From: an uncultured Chloroflexia bacterium | Lineage (GTDB): Bacteria > Chloroflexota > Anaerolineae > Anaerolineales > UBA4823 | Assembly (NCBI GenBank): GCA_963709875.1 | Contig: CAVPYB010000001.1 | Location: 209,806-273,805 of the forward strand | Length of the DNA: 64,000 bases | Reading direction: 5' to 3' | Shown: positions 61,614 to 64,000 of the stretch, piece by piece | Layout of the letters: each line of letters starts with the position of its first letter | Position numbering within the stretch: position 1 is the first letter of the stretch | The notes under the pieces: generated by a model | Database searches by the model: none | What the model saw: only the letters and a program-made list of their open reading frames with translations | What the model was told of the DNA's origin: nothing | Program-made: the position numbers and the translations under genes

Positions 61614-62847
61614 CCTTTCCAAAATTGCCCATCTGCTGGTCAATCTTTTCTTTGATAGCCTGGATGACGATTGGGTCATCGTTCCAGGCACCAAGGTTTA
61701 TTAAAGGATATCCATCTGGAACGTTTGCTTCATGAACAAGGGCAGGAATATCGTACTGGCTGTGGATTGCATCTGCGCTGATCGCTGCAGCAAAGTAAAG
61801 CATCTTCTCCACCCCATTTTTTAAAAACTCTTCTATCTTGTCGGCAGGCTTAGGTTCTTTGAATGACATCCATGCCATACTCATATTTTTCTCCAGATAC
61901 CCATTATCAGCCAATAATTGAAGGACGTGCTCCCGGAAGCCAATCTCCTGCTCTGTCTCGGTGGGCCATTCCGCGTCCCACTCATCCGGTTGTCCATGCC
62001 CAACCAGAAGCACCCCTACCTTACTTTTATCAGTCTCACCAATATTGGCATCCACCCGGGCTAAAAACATACTTAGTAGAGTGGTTGAATCATACATGGG
62101 TCCAGTAAACAACACTGGCACACCATATTCCTTCTCGATGTTCAACCCCTTAATTAAATTCTCTCCCTCTGCAGTGTGGTTTGAAATCGTCAGAAATATC
62201 TCACTGACCACGATCCTGCTGGCCCCGTCATTCAATGCTTCAATCGCTGCGGCATCAGGTCTGGGATTATCATCTAAAAAGCTGATATAAAATTTTGTTG
62301 TGCTGTCCCCTTCTGCCCGATATGCCTCTTCAAGGCTCTGGATCATCTGAAGATGCATCTGCCGATGATTGCTTTTACCGACTTCTAGGTATTTATTTCG
62401 TAACTGGTAAATGAAGATTGGCTTTGCGACCAGCGGTACAAAAGGGATTTCCTGCTCTTCAAACTCATTAAACTGATTGATCCAGCCAATAGGATCATAC
62501 GTTTCAGGTTCTCCATGTGTGAAGTATACGACTGCAGTATGTCCGAGTCCCGGATCATCTTTTTTACGAGTGATTTCAGGAACGGGTCTTATATCATCCC
62601 GATTAAGAAACACCTTTGTCATGCTGACATACCCAATTGCAAAGAATAGCAGTGAAAAAGCGATGCCGATCAACAATTGTCTTCCTTTAAAACCCATCGC
62701 CAAAACCACCGCAAGCAGAAACAGCACCAGGCATGCTGCTGCCAGGTAAAGACTCATTGTAAGTGGGTGAACTGTAAAATATTGAACCAGCAACACGCCC
62801 AACAAAGAGGATAATCCTATGGGGATAAAGTAAATCAGATATCTCAT
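61606..62847 (-). CDS. Membrane-anchored ferrochelatase/class-II-chelatase-like protein (divergent)
   Basis: Three N-terminal TM helices. The soluble part follows the ferrochelatase layout (VVYFTHGEPETYDP.., RNKYLEVG, ..IVVSEIFLTISNHT, LLVGHGQP, ..ISADAIHSQYDI), but the motifs are divergent. Confidence 0.4.
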   Translation of the reverse strand: MRYLIYFIPIGLSSLLGVLLVQYFTVHPLTMSLYLAAACLVLFLLAVVLAMGFKGRQLLIGIAFSLLFFAIGYVSMTKVFLNRDDIRPVPEITRKKDDPGLGHTAVVYFTHGEPETYDPIGWINQFNEFEEQEIPFVPLVAKPIFIYQLRNKYLEVGKSNHRQMHLQMIQSLEEAYRAEGDSTTKFYISFLDDNPRPDAAAIEALNDGASRIVVSEIFLTISNHTAEGENLIKGLNIEKEYGVPVLFTGPMYDSTTLLSMFLARVDANIGETDKSKVGVLLVGHGQPDEWDAEWPTETEQEIGFREHVLQLLADNGYLEKNMSMAWMSFKEPKPADKIEEFLKNGVEKMLYFAAAISADAIHSQYDIPALVHEANVPDGYPLINLGAWNDDPIVIQAIKEKIDQQMGNFGKDG

Positions 62848-62905
62848 AACGCACTCCTATAGATACTGTGTGTAGACAAATTGCGTGCTCTGATATTGTA
62901 TTGCA

Positions 62906-64000
62906 TCATCCCACTTCTGTCTCATGAATGAATATGTCACCGAGGAACCCATCCACTGTAACTTTCGTATTATCAACCATATTACAAGCGTTGACAACAG
63001 AAACCACAGCTGGGATGTTGTATTCGCGCGCAATAATCGAGCTGTGGGAAAGTATGCCACCCGACTCGGCAATGATAGCCCCAGCTTTGCTGAATAATGG
63101 TGTCCATCCCACATCCGAATATGGTATTACGATGACATCTCCTTCCCTAACTTTGTTGAAATCTTGTAAACCACGCACAACTCGGATAGGGCCAGTATAA
63201 ATCCCTCGCGATGTTGGCGTTCCATGCATTGTTTCCGCTGTGACGGACACAAATGCAGGTGGTTGATCTCCATAGATAACCTCCGGGAGCTCAATATCCC
63301 GGTATTCCCGCATCTCAAGTCTCCGTTGGGTAACTTTCCCTACGATTTCATCCTTAAATAATTCCCCAGCAACTATTTGACGAATTTCATCTTCATACAA
63401 GTAAAAAATATCTTCGCGATCTATCAGCAGGTCTGCGCGCACAAAATGATCACCTAAGGCCAGGTAATAGTTCCTGAACATCCCATAACCAAAGGTATAC
63501 ACCGAACTAACCCACTCGCGGTAATACCGATACTTTCGCGCCCGCTGGTAGAAAAGCTCCAAAAACCAACGTCTTAGACCTCGTACAGGCAGGTCTTCAA
63601 AACCCAACTTTTCTGATTTTTTACTTTCGCTAGTTTGGTAGGACGTGATAAGAGCTAAAATTAAGTCTGGGTCTTCTCGCCATGGGGGGACAGAAAAATC
63701 ATTACCACTGTCACTAAGGTGACCAAACTGGTCGATCATTTGGCTGACTTGGGCTTGAAACGCACTGATACCAGACAGTACCTGAAACGACTCGTAATCA
63801 CTATTCTGGATTGATTCTTGGAGCGCTGGATCAAGCATGCTAAATTCCTTACTAAGATGTCCCAATTTGGCATCTGGGGCGTAAACACTTAAGGATGTTA
63901 AATCCCTAGTGAGATCGAACTGCTCGAAATCGATATCAAACTTTTTCAATTGGTTCCGTAAGGCTCCGTTGTAAGCATACATCAGAAGGGGTACGACAAT
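62906..64000 (-). CDS. PEP-utilising enzyme family protein (PpsA/phosphotransferase-like); 5' end beyond the window
   Basis: C-terminal mobile domain GTPTSRGIYTGPIRVV...ESGGILSHSSIIAREYNIPAVV (phospho-His motif). The frame is open to the window edge. Confidence 0.7.
   Translation of the reverse strand: MVVPLLMYAYNGALRNQLKKFDIDFEQFDLTRDLTSLSVYAPDAKLGHLSKEFSMLDPALQESIQNSDYESFQVLSGISAFQAQVSQMIDQFGHLSDSGNDFSVPPWREDPDLILALITSYQTSESKKSEKLGFEDLPVRGLRRWFLELFYQRARKYRYYREWVSSVYTFGYGMFRNYYLALGDHFVRADLLIDREDIFYLYEDEIRQIVAGELFKDEIVGKVTQRRLEMREYRDIELPEVIYGDQPPAFVSVTAETMHGTPTSRGIYTGPIRVVRGLQDFNKVREGDVIVIPYSDVGWTPLFSKAGAIIAESGGILSHSSIIAREYNIPAVVSVVNACNMVDNTKVTVDGFLGDIFIHETEVG

Overview
This is a bacterial chromosomal window with one tRNA, no rRNA and no CRISPR. 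The gene content feels Chloroflexota-like, but that is inference only.

Core region (about 1-40 kb, GC-rich):
- a PBP2-type transpeptidase, cut at its 5' end by the window edge
- a giant Ser/Thr-kinase / LuxR / STAND-NTPase / TM / WD40 gene
- lysine 2,3-aminomutase, an M32 carboxypeptidase and a serA-like dehydrogenase
- an IS5 remnant, higBA, cutA and a C-S lyase
- a MacAB-like efflux operon with two tandem HlyD adaptors
- a gltD-like oxidoreductase, osmC, gyrA and birA
- the conserved rpsB-tsf-pyrH-frr-uppS-cdsA cluster
- a SAM-I riboswitch with metK, a fur-cbiMN-cbiQ-cbiO operon and trxA

Accessory region (40.2-52.9 kb): An ISAs1-family IS with an 11-bp target duplication sits just upstream of tRNA-Lys(UUU) at 40178-40249. 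The 3' 45 nt of that tRNA recur exactly at 46671 and 52860. These copies bracket two AT-richer accessory modules of about 6.2-6.5 kb, and neither module has an integrase.
- Module 1 carries a 1433-aa SARP/BTAD - STAND NTPase - TM - WD40 protein.
- Module 2 carries mazEF-like and phd/PIN toxin-antitoxin pairs, a decayed IS1634-like element and a three-gene operon (unknown / wHTH + MM3350(PRiA4_ORF3)-like / metallophosphoesterase).
- tRNA-half copies 2 and 3 each lie inside a ~300-bp duplicated, structured module with promoter-like and terminator elements.

Right end: an iorAB-type molybdoenzyme, then a lower-GC block with fabF, an FtsX-type ABC transporter, a PlsY-like protein, a membrane-anchored ferrochelatase-like protein and a PEP-utilising enzyme.

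Frame breaks: Many genes are broken by single-base frame shifts, repeatedly at homopolymer runs. The concentration is extreme in the 4.8-kb rpsB-cdsA cluster, where I count at least 23 by manual frame tracking. I read these mainly as sequencing or assembly indels, not gene decay.
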